64,000 bases of DNA. Origin: Mobula hypostoma. Its lineage: Eukaryota. A program made the translations under genes and the position numbers. Shown here one piece after another: positions 24,833 through 38,464 of the stretch. The notes beneath the pieces are model-generated. The model ran no database searches. It was not told the DNA's origin and worked only from the letters and a program-made list of their open reading frames with translations. The DNA is taken from NCBI RefSeq assembly GCF_963921235.1, contig NC_086097.1, positions 30,444,001 through 30,508,000 of the forward strand, given 5' to 3'. Within the stretch, counting starts at the first letter, position 1. Every line of letters begins with the position of its first letter.

Positions 24833-26433
24833 CTACAGAAGCAACAAAAGGAAGAACAAACATTGTCAGAACATCTGCCTTACACATCAGGGGTCCTCAT
24901 ATTCAGAAACTCTTGGCAGTGGTCCCTGAAGCCAGCGTAGGTGATGATTCTCCTGCTAGGCTCATCGATCTACAACCTTTTCTGTTCAGCTATGCCTTGT
25001 GCTAAAAATTCCCGTTTACTGCCCCAGTCACCCTGCTTCCAAATGAACCCTACAACCAAATCAAATTCTCCGTGTTGCAAAGTTGTACAGGATGGAAACA
25101 GGACATTCCAACCATCTCCTTACCACTGACTGTCTACACTTCCCGCTAACTTGGGAAAGCCCACAACATAATCAAAGGCCCCTCACACCCTGGTCAATCT
25201 CTTGAAAGCACTGATTTAAGGACAGCTTCTGCACTGTTGTTATAAGATTACTAAATGTTTCCCCAGAATAAGTATATTCTTGACCTCACAATCGATCTGG
25301 TTATGATCTTGTTCCTTACTGCTTACCCGTACTTTGCATGCCCTATAGCTATTACACTTTACTCTGCATTGTTATCTGATGTTAAAACTAAAAATTCAAC
25401 CACAAAAACATAAGTAATAGGAGCAGAATAATCTTTGATGCTCTTGCATAGTATACTTAAAGCAGAGGTTGAGAGGTTCTTCATTAGTCCTCTTGAAATA
25501 AAAGATAACATTGCATTTGCCTTCCTCATGACCAACTCAACGTGCAAGCTAACCTTTTGGGAATCCCGCACGAGGACTCCCAAAACCACACCTTTATTCC
25601 TTCTACCAAAGTGCATGGCCATATACTTCCCTAAACTATACTTCATTTCCCACTTTGCTCATCCTTCGAATCCGTCCAAGTCCTTCTGCAGACTCCCTGT
25701 TTCTTCAACACGAACTACTCCTCCACCTATCTTTGTATCTTTTGCAAAATTGGTCACAAAGCCTTTTGGTTTAATGTTAATGCTGATATTAGTGCAGATG
25801 ACCAAAACTTGTTTTTAAACTCTCCAGCAGAATGCAAAGGATCCCATGGAATTCTGCAGTCATTACATGGATATACAACTAGGATGTTTCAAGGCCAATT
25901 CAAGTACTGTAGTCCCTTACTTCCCCTGGAATTGTACCATTGTTGAAGCAGCTATATTCTGATGATATGTAAAACCAGTTGGATAATGAAGTTGGAATTG
26001 ATTTATTCACTGTACTGAGATACAATGAAAAGTTTGTCTTATATACAGATCAATTCATTACAGTGCAATGAGGTAGAACAAGGTAAGACAATAGCAAGAG
26101 TGCACAATAAAGTATTACAGTTACAGAGAAAGTGTAGTGTAGGTAAACAATAATAACGGTGCAAGGCCATGATGAGATAGATTGTAAGATCAAGAGTCCT
26201 TCTTAATATTCTAGGGTCTTGTAATGGAAGGATAGAAGCTGTCCTTAGCCTGGTGGTACGTGCTTTCGATACGGTGATTGCCCAGGCATCCCAAGGGACA
26301 TTCAACTCTCAAACATAGCCTCCAGAACAAACCATTCTTATTGGGTATAGCCAGGCCCACAAATACCAAACAGGCTTCAAGACGACACACAAAAGAAGTG
26401 AACTTGATAGACACATAGATAACTTGAACTTAC

Positions 26434-26550
26434 TCTGAGTGCAGCTGGGTCCTTCCCATCCCTCTTTGCAGACACAAGTGAAAGTATCTCCACTGCCCAC
26501 ACATGTCCCTCCATTCTGGCAAGGGTTGGGGATACAACTGCTGTTCTTAG
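26434..26550 (-). CDS. JAG2: JAG2 exon 18 (117 bp), EGF14
   Basis: tttcag|CTAAG...CAGA|gtaagt; [39 protein letters not shown]. Confidence 0.94.
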
Positions 26551-26735
26551 CTGAAACACAGAAAGTGCACTAGTTAAGTCTTTTGCAATAGAAGCCAAAC
26601 CAACCACCTTACAGGGAAGGAATGGTTCATAGAACAGCACATTCTGTGGAATGATTAACAGTTGCATCGGTAACCAAAGCAGGAAGAAGTTCTCTGGACT
26701 GAACTTCCTGCAAAATTACTTAGAGAAGAACTCAC

Positions 26736-26849
26736 CAAGGTTGCAGGTACTGCCGTCCCACTCTGGCGCACATACACATCGAAAGGTGTCTCCCACATCA
26801 TAACATGTGCCTCCGTTACTGCAAGTATTTCCGTCACACTGGTTCTCTC
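26736..26849 (-). CDS. JAG2: JAG2 exon 17 (114 bp), EGF13
   Basis: ccacag|GAGAG...CTTG|gtgagt; [38 protein letters not shown]. Confidence 0.94.
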
Positions 26850-27149
26850 CTGTGGAAAAAGAAAGGCTGCACAACTGAACTGTGAAGGCGTTGAAGACAA
26901 GTCAATGGTTTCTACTTATGGAGCGCTTCTAACAAAGTACAGCAACCGAAGTTCAAAGTAAAATCTATTATCAAAGTACATATGTGTTTCGATATAGTAC
27001 CCTGAAATTCACTTTCTTACAAGCACTTACAGAAAAATAAAGAAATACAATAGAATTTATGAAAACTACGCACAAAGGCTCAAAAACAGCCAATGTACAA
27101 AAGGTAGGCTACACAAATAAATCCATACACTGAATATAGTATGAATATA

Positions 27150-27320
27150 TTAGTGTGTGTATATATGTGTGTATGTATACATATACATATACACACACAC
27201 ATATACATATACACACACACACATATACATATACACACACACACATATACATATACACACACACACATATACATATACACACACACACATATACATATAT
27301 ATATATACACACACACACAG
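27150..27320. repeat. Compound (CA)n/(TA)n microsatellite with a ~22-bp higher-order unit
   Basis: Tandem atatacatatacacacacacac units. Confidence 0.95.
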
Positions 27321-27399
27321 AGAACGTGTCTGTATGCATGCACATGTGCACATTGCTTTATTTGTCACATGTATATCTAATCATTGGAACATGGAATGA

Positions 27400-29586
27400 A
27401 TCAGAATCAGATCTATCGTCACTGGCATGTGACGTGACATTTGTCAACTTAGCAGCAGCAGTTCAATGCAATACAAAATCTAGCAGAGAGAAAAAAATAA
27501 ATTAAACAAAACATAATAAATAAACAAGCAAATCAAAACAGATTATTAAAAAATGTGCAAAAACAGAAATACTGTATTATTTTTAAAAATGTCAGGTGGT
27601 GTCCAAAGCTTCAAAGTCCATTTAGGAATCAGATGGCAGAGGGGAAGAAGCTGTTCCTGAATCGCTGAGTGTGTGCCTTCAGGCTTCTGTACCTCCCACC
27701 TGATCGTAACAGTGAGAAAAGTGCATGCCCTGGGTACCGGAGGTCTTTAATAATGGACACTGCCTTTCTGAGACACCGCTTCCTTAAGATGTCCTGGATA
27801 CTTTGTAGGCTAGTACCCAAGGTGGAGCTGACTAGATTTACAACCTTCTGCAGCTTCTTTCAGTCCTGTGCAGTAGTCCCTCCATACCAGATAGTGATGC
27901 AGCCTGTCAGAATGCTCTCCATGGTGTAACTACAGAAGTTTTTGAGCGTATTTATTGACATGCCAAATCGCTTCAAACTCCTAATAAAGTATAGCCGCTG
28001 TCTTGCCTTCTTTATGACTACATCAATATGCTGGGACCAGGTTAGATCCTCAGAGATCTTGACACCCAGGAACCTGAAGCTGCTTACTCTCTCCACTTCT
28101 GATCCCTCTATGAGGACTGGTACGTGTTTCTTTGTCTTACCCTTCCTGAAGTCCACAATCAGCTCTTTCGTCTTACTGACGTTGAGTGCCAGGTTGTTGC
28201 TGCAGCACCATTCCACTAGTTGGCATATCTAGCTCCTGTACGCCCCCTCATCACCACCTGAGATTCTACCAACAATGGTTGTATCGTCAGCAAATTTGTA
28301 GATGGTGTTTGAGCTATGCCTAGCCACACAGTCACGTGTATACAGAGGGTAGAGCAGTGGGCTAAGCACACACCCCTGAGGTGCGCCAGTGTTGATCATC
28401 AGTGAAGAGGATATGTCGTCACCAATCCGCACAGACTGTGATCTTCTGGTTAGGAAGTTGAGGATCCAATTACAGAAGCCCAGGTTCTGCAACTTCTCAA
28501 TTAGGATTGTGGGAATAATAGTATTAAATTCTGAGCTATAATCGATGAACAGCATCCTGACGTAGGTGCTTGTGTTTTCTAGGTAGTCTAAAGCCATGTG
28601 AAGAGCCATGGAGATTGCGTCTGCCATTGACCTATTGTGACGATAGGCAAATTGCAGTGGGTCCAGGTCCTTGTGGAGGCAGGAGTTCAGTCTAGTCATA
28701 ACCAACCTCTCAAAGCATTTCATCACTGTTGATGTGAGTGCTACCGGGCGATAGTTGTTAAGGCAGCCCACTTTCTTCTTCTTTGGCACTGGTATAATTG
28801 TTGCCATTTTAAAGCAAGTGGGAACTTCTGCCCATAGCAGTGAGAGGTTGAAAATGTCCTCAAATACTCCCAGTAGTTGGCTGGCACAGGTTTTCAGAGC
28901 CATACAAAGTACTCCATTGGGACCTTCTGCCTTGCGAGGATTCACTCTCTTTAAGGACAGTCCAACATCAGGCTCTGAGACAGCAGAGATCTCCGCAGCT
29001 GTAGATGTGCTCTCCCTTTCAAAGCGTGCATAGAAGGTGTTGAGTTCATCTGGTAGTGAAGCACCGCTGCCATTCATACTATTGGGTTTTGCTTTGTAGG
29101 AAATAATGTCTTGCAGTCCCTGTCAGAGTTGCCGTGCATCTGATATCGCCTCCAACCTTGTTCGAAATGGTCTCTTCACCCTTGAAATAGTCCTCCGCAA
29201 ATCATACCTGGTTTTCTGGTACAGACCTGGGTTGCCGGACTTGAATGCTGCAGATCTAGCCTTCAGCAGGCGACGTGCCTCCTGGTTCATCCACGGCTTT
29301 TGGTTTGGGAATGTACGGTAGGTCTTTGTAGGCACACACTCATTCACACAGGTTTTAATGAAATCGGTAACAACTGCAGCATACTCATCCAGATTCAAAG
29401 ATGAATCCTTGAATACAGTCTAGTCCACCGATTCAAAGCAGTCCTGTAGGTGCTCCTGTGCTTCCCTTGTCCATACCTTCTTGGTCCTCACTACTGGTGC
29501 TGTAGTCTTCAGTCTCTGCCTATACTCAGGGAGTAGAAGTACAACTCGGTGATCAGACTTCCCGAAGTGAGGGCGTGGAATAGCAC
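27400..29586 (-). mobile_element. Rex1/Babar-like LINE, ~2.2 kb, RT domain with stops
   Basis: YRPVALTSTVMKCFERL, LDPLQFAYR, MLFIDYSS, GAPQGCVLSPLLY and KFADDTT motifs; inserted into a V-SINE-like copy (27355-27400 / 29587-29800). Confidence 0.9.
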
Positions 29587-31800
29587 GGAAATGCACTGTT
29601 TGCATCAGTGACCAACATAGTCGAAGGATGTGCTGGGGGCAGCCTGCAAGTGTCGCCATGCTTCCGCCACCAACATTGCATGCCAACAACTTGTTAATCC
29701 TTACTAAATGATACATCTTTGGGAGATGTATACAAACTCCTTGTGGACAGTGGTGGGAATTGGACCTCAATCCTGGCACTGGAAAGGGTTATGTTACCAT
29801 GCTGTCCAATCACCCTGCCCCATTAACTCATTTCACCTGATCTCATCCAGAAAGTTAACCAGCATGGAAACAGGCCCTTCAGCTCAACTCATCCATGTCC
29901 ACCCAGAACTGATCCCATATCCTTTTAAAACACTCCTGTGTGTACAGTACCTGCCCACATATCTTTTAAACATTTAAAATATCTTTTAAAAGATGTATTA
30001 CAGGAGTTCCCTTTATTCAATTCATTCTTCTCCCACCTTTTTCCTGCAATCTACAATAACCTTTCTCTTTTTTCCATTTGTAATGAGAAATCTTAAACCT
30101 GCAATGTTTACTGTTTCCCCTACAGATCTTGCCTGACTTGAGAGTTTCAGTATCTTTAGTTTCTAGCAATAATGGAAACTTGACTGAAAGCTAGGCCAGA
30201 GTTAATGGACATGAAACAGATGGAGAGGTTCAGGGAGTTTAGTCTCTGTGCCTACTACAGAAAGGGAGCAATTGTAGAAAAGAGAGATATCAAAAACTGC
30301 AGATGCTGGAAACCTAGAGCAACATGCAAAATACAGTGGGTCAGGGAGCATCTATGGAGGGAAAGGGACGGTCCATGTTTCAGGTTGAGAATCTTCATCT
30401 GGAGTGGTGGCAAGGGAGATTCTGAAGGTGCTGGTGTTAACACTTAATGCAATAGCAGGGATAAATATCAGGAGGGAGGATCACAGGAGAGGGATGGGTG
30501 GGCAAGTGAGCCATGAAGAGAGCAATTCCTGTGGAAAGCAAAGAGGGGAGAGGCAGGCAAGATATGCCTATGGTAGGATCCTGTTGGGGATGACAGAAGT
30601 GGCGAAAAATCATACATTGAATACTCCGGCTGATTAGATAGTAGACCAGGACCAGGGGAACCTATTGTGTCAGGTGTGTGGGGGTGAAGAATGAAGCAAG
30701 GGCAGATATATGGGAAACAGAAGCTATGGGGATGGGTTGGGGCTACATTGATAGCAATGGGAAAGAAAGAAAGAAAAGGGTTGAGCATGAGGGGAGAACT
30801 TAAGTGGTTCATTGACTTGAAATGCCTCTTTCCACTGCAGAGTCTCCAGCATCCTGTTCTGGTTCAGAATTCCATCATCTACAGTACGTGTACAGATATT
30901 ATGGGATTCCGGCGCTGCAGCAGGTTAGAGTAAGGGAGGGGTAAAACAGAAGATGAGCTCATGGAAATATGCAACCTATCAGTTTGTTAAATAGGGAGTC
31001 AATCACCACTGGGGACTTCTGCTGCTTTGGCAGAGGAACCAAAATAATCAAATACCCCTCCCACCCCAGACATTTCTCTTTTCCCCTCTCCCATTGGGAA
31101 GATACAAAAGTCTGAAAGCACATACCACCAGGCTCAAGGACAACTTGCACCCTGCTGTTAAAAGATACCGAATGGTCCCTTAGTATGTTAAGATGGACTT
31201 TGAGCTCACAATCTACCCCATTATGGCCTTGCACCTTATTGTCTTGTCTGCATTGCACTTTCCCAGTAGTGTTTACACATTATTCTGCATTCTGCCACTG
31301 CTTTCCCTTGCACTAACTCAATACACTGTTGTAACAAATTTTCTCACTGTAGCTCTGGACAAGTGGCAGCAATAAACCAATGCTCCAATTTAAGCAAATG
31401 CTCTGAGAGGGAGAGAGAAGATAGGATAAGCATGCACCTTATTCATCAGAATTGGAATTGGTTTATTATTGTAATGTACTGTGATACAGTGAGACATTTG
31501 CCTGTTTATAGAGATCAAATCATTACACAGTGCACTGAGACTGAACAGGAGAAAACAGTAATAATACAGAATAAAGTGTTGCAGTTATAAGGAAAGCAGA
31601 GTGCGGGAAACAGTAAAGTGCAAAATAATAACAAGGTAAGTTGTGAGGTCACACGTTCATCTCATCATCCAAGGGAACCATTTAATAGTCATATTACGAT
31701 GGAGTAGAAGCTGGGGTAGGTGGAGTCTTTAAGTATGTTGGCTGCCTTACAGAGGCACTGAGAAATGAAAATAAGCTCCATAGATGGGCTGACCACTTAC

Positions 31801-31914
31801 TGGAGTGGCAGGTCTTTCCTTTCCAGTTATTGGTGCACTCACAGTGGAAATCATTGAGTCCATCCACACAGCGGCCCCCATTGAGACAAGGGTTGGGGCT
31901 GCAGTCATTGACAT
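31801..31914 (-). CDS. JAG2: JAG2 exon 16 (114 bp), EGF12
   Basis: ctgtag|ATGTC...TCCA|gtaagt; [38 protein letters not shown]. Confidence 0.95.
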
Positions 31915-32710
31915 CTACAGGAGGGAACAAAAAGACCATAAGCCTTAACCAGTGCAACAGGCTATTATTAAACAGAGTGAAACAACCAGAATCAAGTCAC
32001 TATATACTTCATTTTTCTGTATCTCAGTCTGGTATATACATCAAATCCTTTACAACTTCAGGATGTCCCAAAGAAGTTTATAGCTGATATTGTAGGAAAC
32101 TAGGCTTCCATAAGCAGCAAAGTGAAGGCAATCTGATAATGTGCCTCAAATCCCATCTCTATCTGCAAAGAGTTTGTACATTCTCCCCATGAGAGCGTGG
32201 ATGGGTGCTTTGGCTCTCCCTCAAACATTCCAAAGACGTACAGATTACGGTTAGTGAATTGTGGCCATGCTACTGTATGTTGGCAGCAGAAACATGACAA
32301 CTCTTGCAGGCTGTCAATGTTGGTCGCAGATGCAAACATTTCTGTGAACGTTCTGATGTACAAGTGACAAATAAAACTAATGTTTATCCTATAATGCACA
32401 AATTTGTTGCCACTTATTACTGGCAACAAGCCTGTGAATCCCAGTCACCAGAGAAACATAACCTCCCAATTTTCTCCATCTTTAAATGGTAATGCATGCC
32501 ACTGGCTTCAGTTACAGTGAGGGGCCCCATACATATTTGCTGTGACAAATAATTTACACCAGTCAGACCAGCTGAATCCCAATAGCAACTAGAAAATCAA
32601 TCCCACTGGTCTTCTAGAAGCTTGCTCTTATGTCCAGGCTCTGCACAAGTTAGCCATTGGTAAATAGGAAAGTACCAGTAATTAACACAACAGAAATGTT
32701 CATCACTCAC

Positions 32711-32824
32711 CAATTTCACAAAGTTCACCTTCCCAACCATCAGGGCAAATACAGCGGAAGGAGTCCACTCCATCGATACACGTGCCCCCATTCTTACACC
32801 GGTTTGCTATGCAATCATTGATAT
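32711..32824 (-). CDS. JAG2: JAG2 exon 15 (114 bp), EGF11
   Basis: ctttag|ATATC...ATTG|gtgagt; [38 protein letters not shown]. Confidence 0.94.
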
Positions 32825-35134
32825 CTAAAGGAAATGCAACTGTAAATTACTGCTGGAATTTAGGCAATGCAGTAGTGTAGCCAGTTATCAGGGTTCAATT
32901 CTCACTGCTGTAAGGAATTTGTACATTCTCCCCTTGGTCACACGAGTTTCCTCCAGGTCTTCCTGTTTCCTTCTACATTCCACAAACACACAGGTTAGGA
33001 TTAGTAATTTGCAAGTATGCCATGTTGATGCCAAAAAGATGGTGACATTTGCAGGCTGACCCCAACACATCCTTGGACTGTGTTGGTTGTTGACGCAAAT
33101 GATGCATTTCACTATATGTTTCAACGTACAGATAAAGCTAATGTTTCATCTTCACAGTGGAAAGACTGGCTGCATAGTTCTTCGATGATATAGGAGGAAA
33201 CTCATATGGTCACAGGGAGAACGTATAAATTTCTTACAGATGACAGCTGGAAATGATCCCCGATTGCTTTGGAGGGAGGGGGTGAATGACAAGACGAACA
33301 GCCCTGTAGAGCTTGAATTAGCACTGTCAAACTCACTCAAATAAACCTGATGCAAGAGGCTAAACTTAATGGAACACTTATTCAGTAATTCACAGTTGTC
33401 CCTCAGTTGCTCCTGTTTCCTCTCTCAACCCAAAGACAAGCAGTTAGGCAAGTTAATCGACGTTATAAATTGCTACTAACATGCAGATGAAGGGTTAAAT
33501 CTGGAGGTGGGGGGAGATGATGAGAATGTGGGAAGAATTAAAATAGTAGGACCAGTTGAAATGCATGTTAGTATGTTTGCAGATGACACGAAGGTTGATG
33601 GATAGTGTGAAGGGTTGTTGAAGGGTGTAACCTGACATTAACAAGATACAAAGCTGGGCTGAGAAGTGGCAGATGGAGTTCAATCTGGAAAAATGAAGTG
33701 ATACACTTTGATAGCTAGGTCAAACTTGAAGGTAGAATACAGAGCAGATCATGTAACCTTCAAAGTTAACCACTCAAGATGATAGGATAGTTAAGTGCAC
33801 AGCATGTTGGCACTTATTAGTCAGGAGAATGAGTTCAAGAGCTGCAAGATAATGTTGCAACTCTGTAAGATCCTGGTTAGACCAAACTTGGAATATTGTG
33901 TTCATTTCTGGTTGCCTCATTTTAGGAAGGATGTGGAAGCTTCAAAGGTGGTGCAGAGATTTACTAGGATGACGGCTGGATTAAAGATCAGGTCTTAAGA
34001 CGACAGGTTAAGCCAGCTAGTACTTTTCTCTTTGGAGTGAAGGAAGATAAGAGGTGACTTAGAGGTGTACAAGATAATAAGAGGCAGAGATCAAGTAGAC
34101 AGCCAGAGACCTCTTCCCAAGGCAGAAATGGCCAACACTAAGAGGGCATATTTTAAGATGACAAGTATAGGGAGGATGCCAGAGACAAGTTCTTAACACA
34201 GAGAGTAGCGGGTGTATGGAACACCCTGCCAGGGGTGGCGGTATGGGCAAGTGCATTAGGGAAATATAAAAGACTCTTAGGTAGGCACATGAATGATAGA
34301 AAAATGGAGGGTTATGTAGAAGGAAAGGAATAAGTTGATCTGAGGGTTGGCTAAAAGTCAGAACATCCTGGGCCAAAAGGCCTGTACTGTGCTGTGATGT
34401 TCTATGTTAGATTAGTGTAAATCAGTGCCTGTACTGGGCTGAATGGGCTGCTTCTGTGTCATGAGACATGAACCCATGACCATTCATCTCCAAAGGCAGC
34501 AGCAATGTACCACTATCCAGAACTGATTCTATGACCCACAGACTCACTTTCAAGGACTCTTTATAACTCATGTTCTCAGTATCATTACTCTTATTTACAA
34601 TTTGTCTTCTTGTGCACATCGATTGTCACTTTTTATGTATACTTTTTTGTAAATTCTATTGAACTTCTTTTTTCCTTACAAGTGCCAGCAAGAAAATGAA
34701 TCTTAAGGTAGTATGTGATAACATGCATAATTTGATAATAGTCCTCAGTGTAGTGGACTACACAACTACGCAGATTAGGATTAAGGTGAGAAGGGGATGA
34801 TTTAAAAGGGACCCGAGGATATCTTTCACCACACAGAGTGGCGAGTACACATAACAAGCTGCCAGAGAAAGTGATTGAGGCAGGTACAGAAGTATCATTT
34901 AAGAACCACTTGGATAGGTACATAGAGTGCAGGGCAGATGTTTTTGCGTACATGACAATAAACTTGACTTTGACCTCCAGAGCTGTCTGTGTGGAAGTTG
35001 CACATTTTCCCCAGTGGTCACAGGTTTTCCCCCAGATATTTCTGTTTCCTCCCACATCCTGCTGTAAATTGCCACAGGTGTGGGCAAGGGGTAGAATCCT
35101 GGAGGTTGATGGGAATGAATTTAAATTTATTTAA

Positions 35135-36055
35135 ATTTTACATCCATCTCACGTGAGGGAGTAAATATCTTTGCATTATGATTCTGTCACAACATTCATG
35201 CATATGCATAAGTCTAATGGCTTGTAGAAAGAAACTGTCCTGTAGCCTGTTGGTCCTGGTTTTAATGCTGCAGTACTGTTTGCCAGACAGAAGCAGTTGG
35301 AACAGTTTATGGTTGGGGTGAGTGGCGTCCCCAATGATCTTCCAGGCCTTCTTTCTGCACCTGCTGCTGTAAACGTCCTCACTGAGGGAAGTTCATGTCC
35401 ACAGATGCACTGGGCTGTCTGTACCACTCTCTGCCGTGCCCAGCGGTCAAGGTTGGTGCAAGTTCCTGTACCAGGTGGTGATACAGTCAGTCATGATGCT
35501 CTCAATAGTGCGCCAGTCTTGAGGATCTGGGGGCTCATGTCGAACTTCTTCAGTTGCCTGATGTGGAAGGGATGCTGTTGTGCTTTTTTTGCCACGCAGC
35601 TGGTGTGTACAGTCCAGGCAAGATCTTCGGTGATGTGTATACCGAGGAACTTGAAAGTACTCACCCTCTCAACTGCAGTCCCAATGATGTTGATCGAGGC
35701 AAGCCTGTCTTCGTTCCTCCTGTAATCCACAATCAGCTCTTTTGTTTTTCGGACATTGAGGGAGAGGTTGTTATCTTGGCACCACTGTGCCAGGTTGTCA
35801 ACCTCTCCTCTGTAGGCTGTCTCATCACCGCAAGAAATAAGGGCGATTAGTGTTGTGTCATCTGCAAATTTGATAAGCTGATTGGAGCTGTGTGTGGCAG
35901 CACAGTCATGTGTGTAAATGGAGAAGAGAAGGGGATTCGGACACAACCCTGAGGGGCATCTGTGTTGAGTATCAGAGGTGAGAGAGCTCATCTTTACCAC
36001 CTGTCAGCGATCCGATAGGAAGTCTAGGATCCAGCTGCACATGGCAGGGTGAGCA
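35135..36055 (-). mobile_element. Rex1/Babar-like LINE 3' part (second subfamily)
   Basis: LLFSIYTHDC...KFADDTT...KTKELIVDYRR. Confidence 0.85.
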
Positions 36056-36510
36056 AAACTGAGACTGAGATCAATGTTAATCAGTGTCCAGGGGTCTGAG
36101 GCCTGCCTGTCTGTGTGTGTATGTGTATGGGGGGGGGGGGCAGAGAAAGAGAAAGGAAAAGGGTTTGTTTTGCTGTTGTTTTTTTGTTGTTGTTCCTACT
36201 TGTGTTATATGCTATGTCAGCACCACAACACGTGGAGACCGACCCTTGCAGGCTGCCGTCAGCACTTGGGTTGTGTTGGTTTTTGATGGAGATGACGCAT
36301 TTCACTGTATGTTTCAATGTGCTGTGATAAACACATTTCAATCAGAATCTGAATGCAAATGTGTGGGTGATGGTCAGCACAGACTCGGTGGTCCGAAGGG
36401 TCAGTTTCAGTATATCATCACTCTGTGACTATAAGACCCCTCCCCACCCCCACAGCTCAATGTAAAAACATCAACTGTCATCTCAACATTCAGGCAGGTT
36501 CCTTACTTAC

Positions 36511-36675
36511 TTTCATGGCAATACATCCCGGTAAACCCCCGATTACAGGCACACGTGAAGTTCCCACCAGGCTGGCTGATGCAGGTACCCCGTGGACCAC
36601 AGACATTGGATGATATCAAGCGGACCCCACCCTGACTGCTGTTGCTGGAGATCGCCACAGTGCAGCTGTCAATCA
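36511..36675 (-). CDS. JAG2: JAG2 exon 14 (165 bp), interrupted EGF10
   Basis: ttacag|TGATT...GAAA|gtaagt; [55 protein letters not shown]. Confidence 0.94.
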
Positions 36676-36754
36676 CTGTAAAAAGGAAAATATCAGCTCT
36701 ATAAAACTTCGGTTGCCTGATTTTATTCTCACAAGTCAATATGTTCTGTAAAAA

Positions 36755-36961
36755 AGATCACTCCCTACTTTGTACAAAGTTTTCTTCTTTCGATTGTTCT
36801 TTCTTTCCTCTCCTTTCTATAAGTGTATACCTCAGATAAATATTATGTGGAGATTTGTGACAAATATGATTATATGATATATATGTACAGTATCTTAAAT
36901 ACATTTTATGGAAATGCTTGTTTGATGATGAACTTCAATAAAAAATAAATTACAAGAAAAA
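36755..36961 (+). mobile_element. Probable L1/Tx1-like 3' UTR fragment
   Basis: T-rich segment ending in AATAAA and an A-rich tail; family assignment is tentative. Confidence 0.4.
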
Positions 36962-37774
36962 CTTTGGTTAAACACACTTGGAGTATTCTGTTCAGTTCTG
37001 CTCACCTCATTAGGTAAGGATGATGGAAGCTTTAGAGGGTGCAGAGGAGATTTACCAGAATGCTACCTGGATTAGGGAGCATATCTTATGAAGACACGCT
37101 GAGCGAGCTAGGGGTTTTCCTCTTTGGACTGAAGGAGGCAACTTGATAGAGATGACAAGATAGAAGTTTAAAGATTATGAGAGGCAGAGAGCATCTGTGT
37201 TCTGCGCATCACTCAAGAGTCAGAGCAATGTAGTATGGATAGGCAAGATACTAGGAGCAAGAGTAAGCTACTGACCCCACAAGCGTTCCCACTGTCTATG
37301 CTGGTGTCAACTCCACTTCTATGCCAGATCTCTATTCCTTGATCTATAAAATATTTATCCACCTCCACTTTTAATACTTCTAATGATTCAGCTTCCAGTA
37401 CCAGCAGGGCAGAGAATTTCAGAGATACACAACCCTTCATAGATCAGTACAGGCCTTCCAACCCACGATATAGCGCTGACCCTTTAAATTACTTTAAAAT
37501 CTATCTAATCCTTCCCTCTCACTTAGCTCTCCATCTTTCTGTCATCCATGTGCCCAAATGTCTCGAATGTATCTGCCTCTACCAATATCCCTGGCTGGAC
37601 GTTCCATGCATCCATCACTCTGTGCAACTTACCTCTGACATCCCACCTCTCCTTTCTTCCAATTACCTTCATGAGAAGGAATGTCTACACTCCTCAGCTT
37701 TAAATATCTGGCCCTTTACCTTATAGTTATGACCCCTTGTTTAATACTTCTTAAACTTATTTTTATTCAGACTC

Positions 37775-37960
37775 TAAATAAAATATTTTTCAAAATTGGT
37801 AAAATGACAAGGATTTCCCCCAATATTTTTGATGTACATCTTCATCTGCATCCCGTTTCTTTGTTAAAATTTTTTTTAAACTGATGATTTCTCCTTCAAA
37901 AAACCGGTAAGAGTTAGATATTCCTCAATGAGACCTTTGATCTTTGGGTATCCACAGAGA
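37775..37960 (-). pseudogene. GID4: GID4 processed-pseudogene fragment, copy A
   Basis: [18 protein letters not shown] / FEGEIIS / [25 protein letters not shown], compared with recalled GID4 [59 protein letters not shown]; frameshifts and a stop. Confidence 0.85.
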
Positions 37961-38464
37961 CACAGCATTGTAACAGGTCCTTCAGGTTCAATGAGTCCGC
38001 ACCACCCAACTACACCCATGTGATCAATTAACCTAAGCTGTACACCTTGGAATGTGCGAGGAAACCAGAGCACCCGGAGAAAACCCACACGGTCACAAGG
38101 AGAATGTATAAATTCCCTACAGACAGCAGCAGGAATTGAACCCAGGTCGCCAGCGCAGAAACAGTTTTACACTAATCACTATACTTCCACGCCATCCCCT
38201 GGGCTTCCCCTCCAAGTGAAAAACATCTTAACATCTATCTGCCTTTTAAACCCCATGTTCTACATGTTTGAATGAAGTCATTCCTCAATTCTTCCAAAAT
38301 TTTGAGGAATAGTCTCGAGTTTTCAATTTAGCGTTATCCCTCCCATCCGGTTAACTGAAAATTCTGCCTCTATTTTATGGAATTCCTTTTTTTGATTGGG
38401 ATAAACCTTTGCTGACCAATATAGACCAGCTGTTTGAATATCTACCATTACTCCTTTATGAACT

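Noticed and set aside
27080..27505. His/Thr/Tyr-rich and Cys/Val-rich ORFs
   Set aside because: They are translations of a compound microsatellite.
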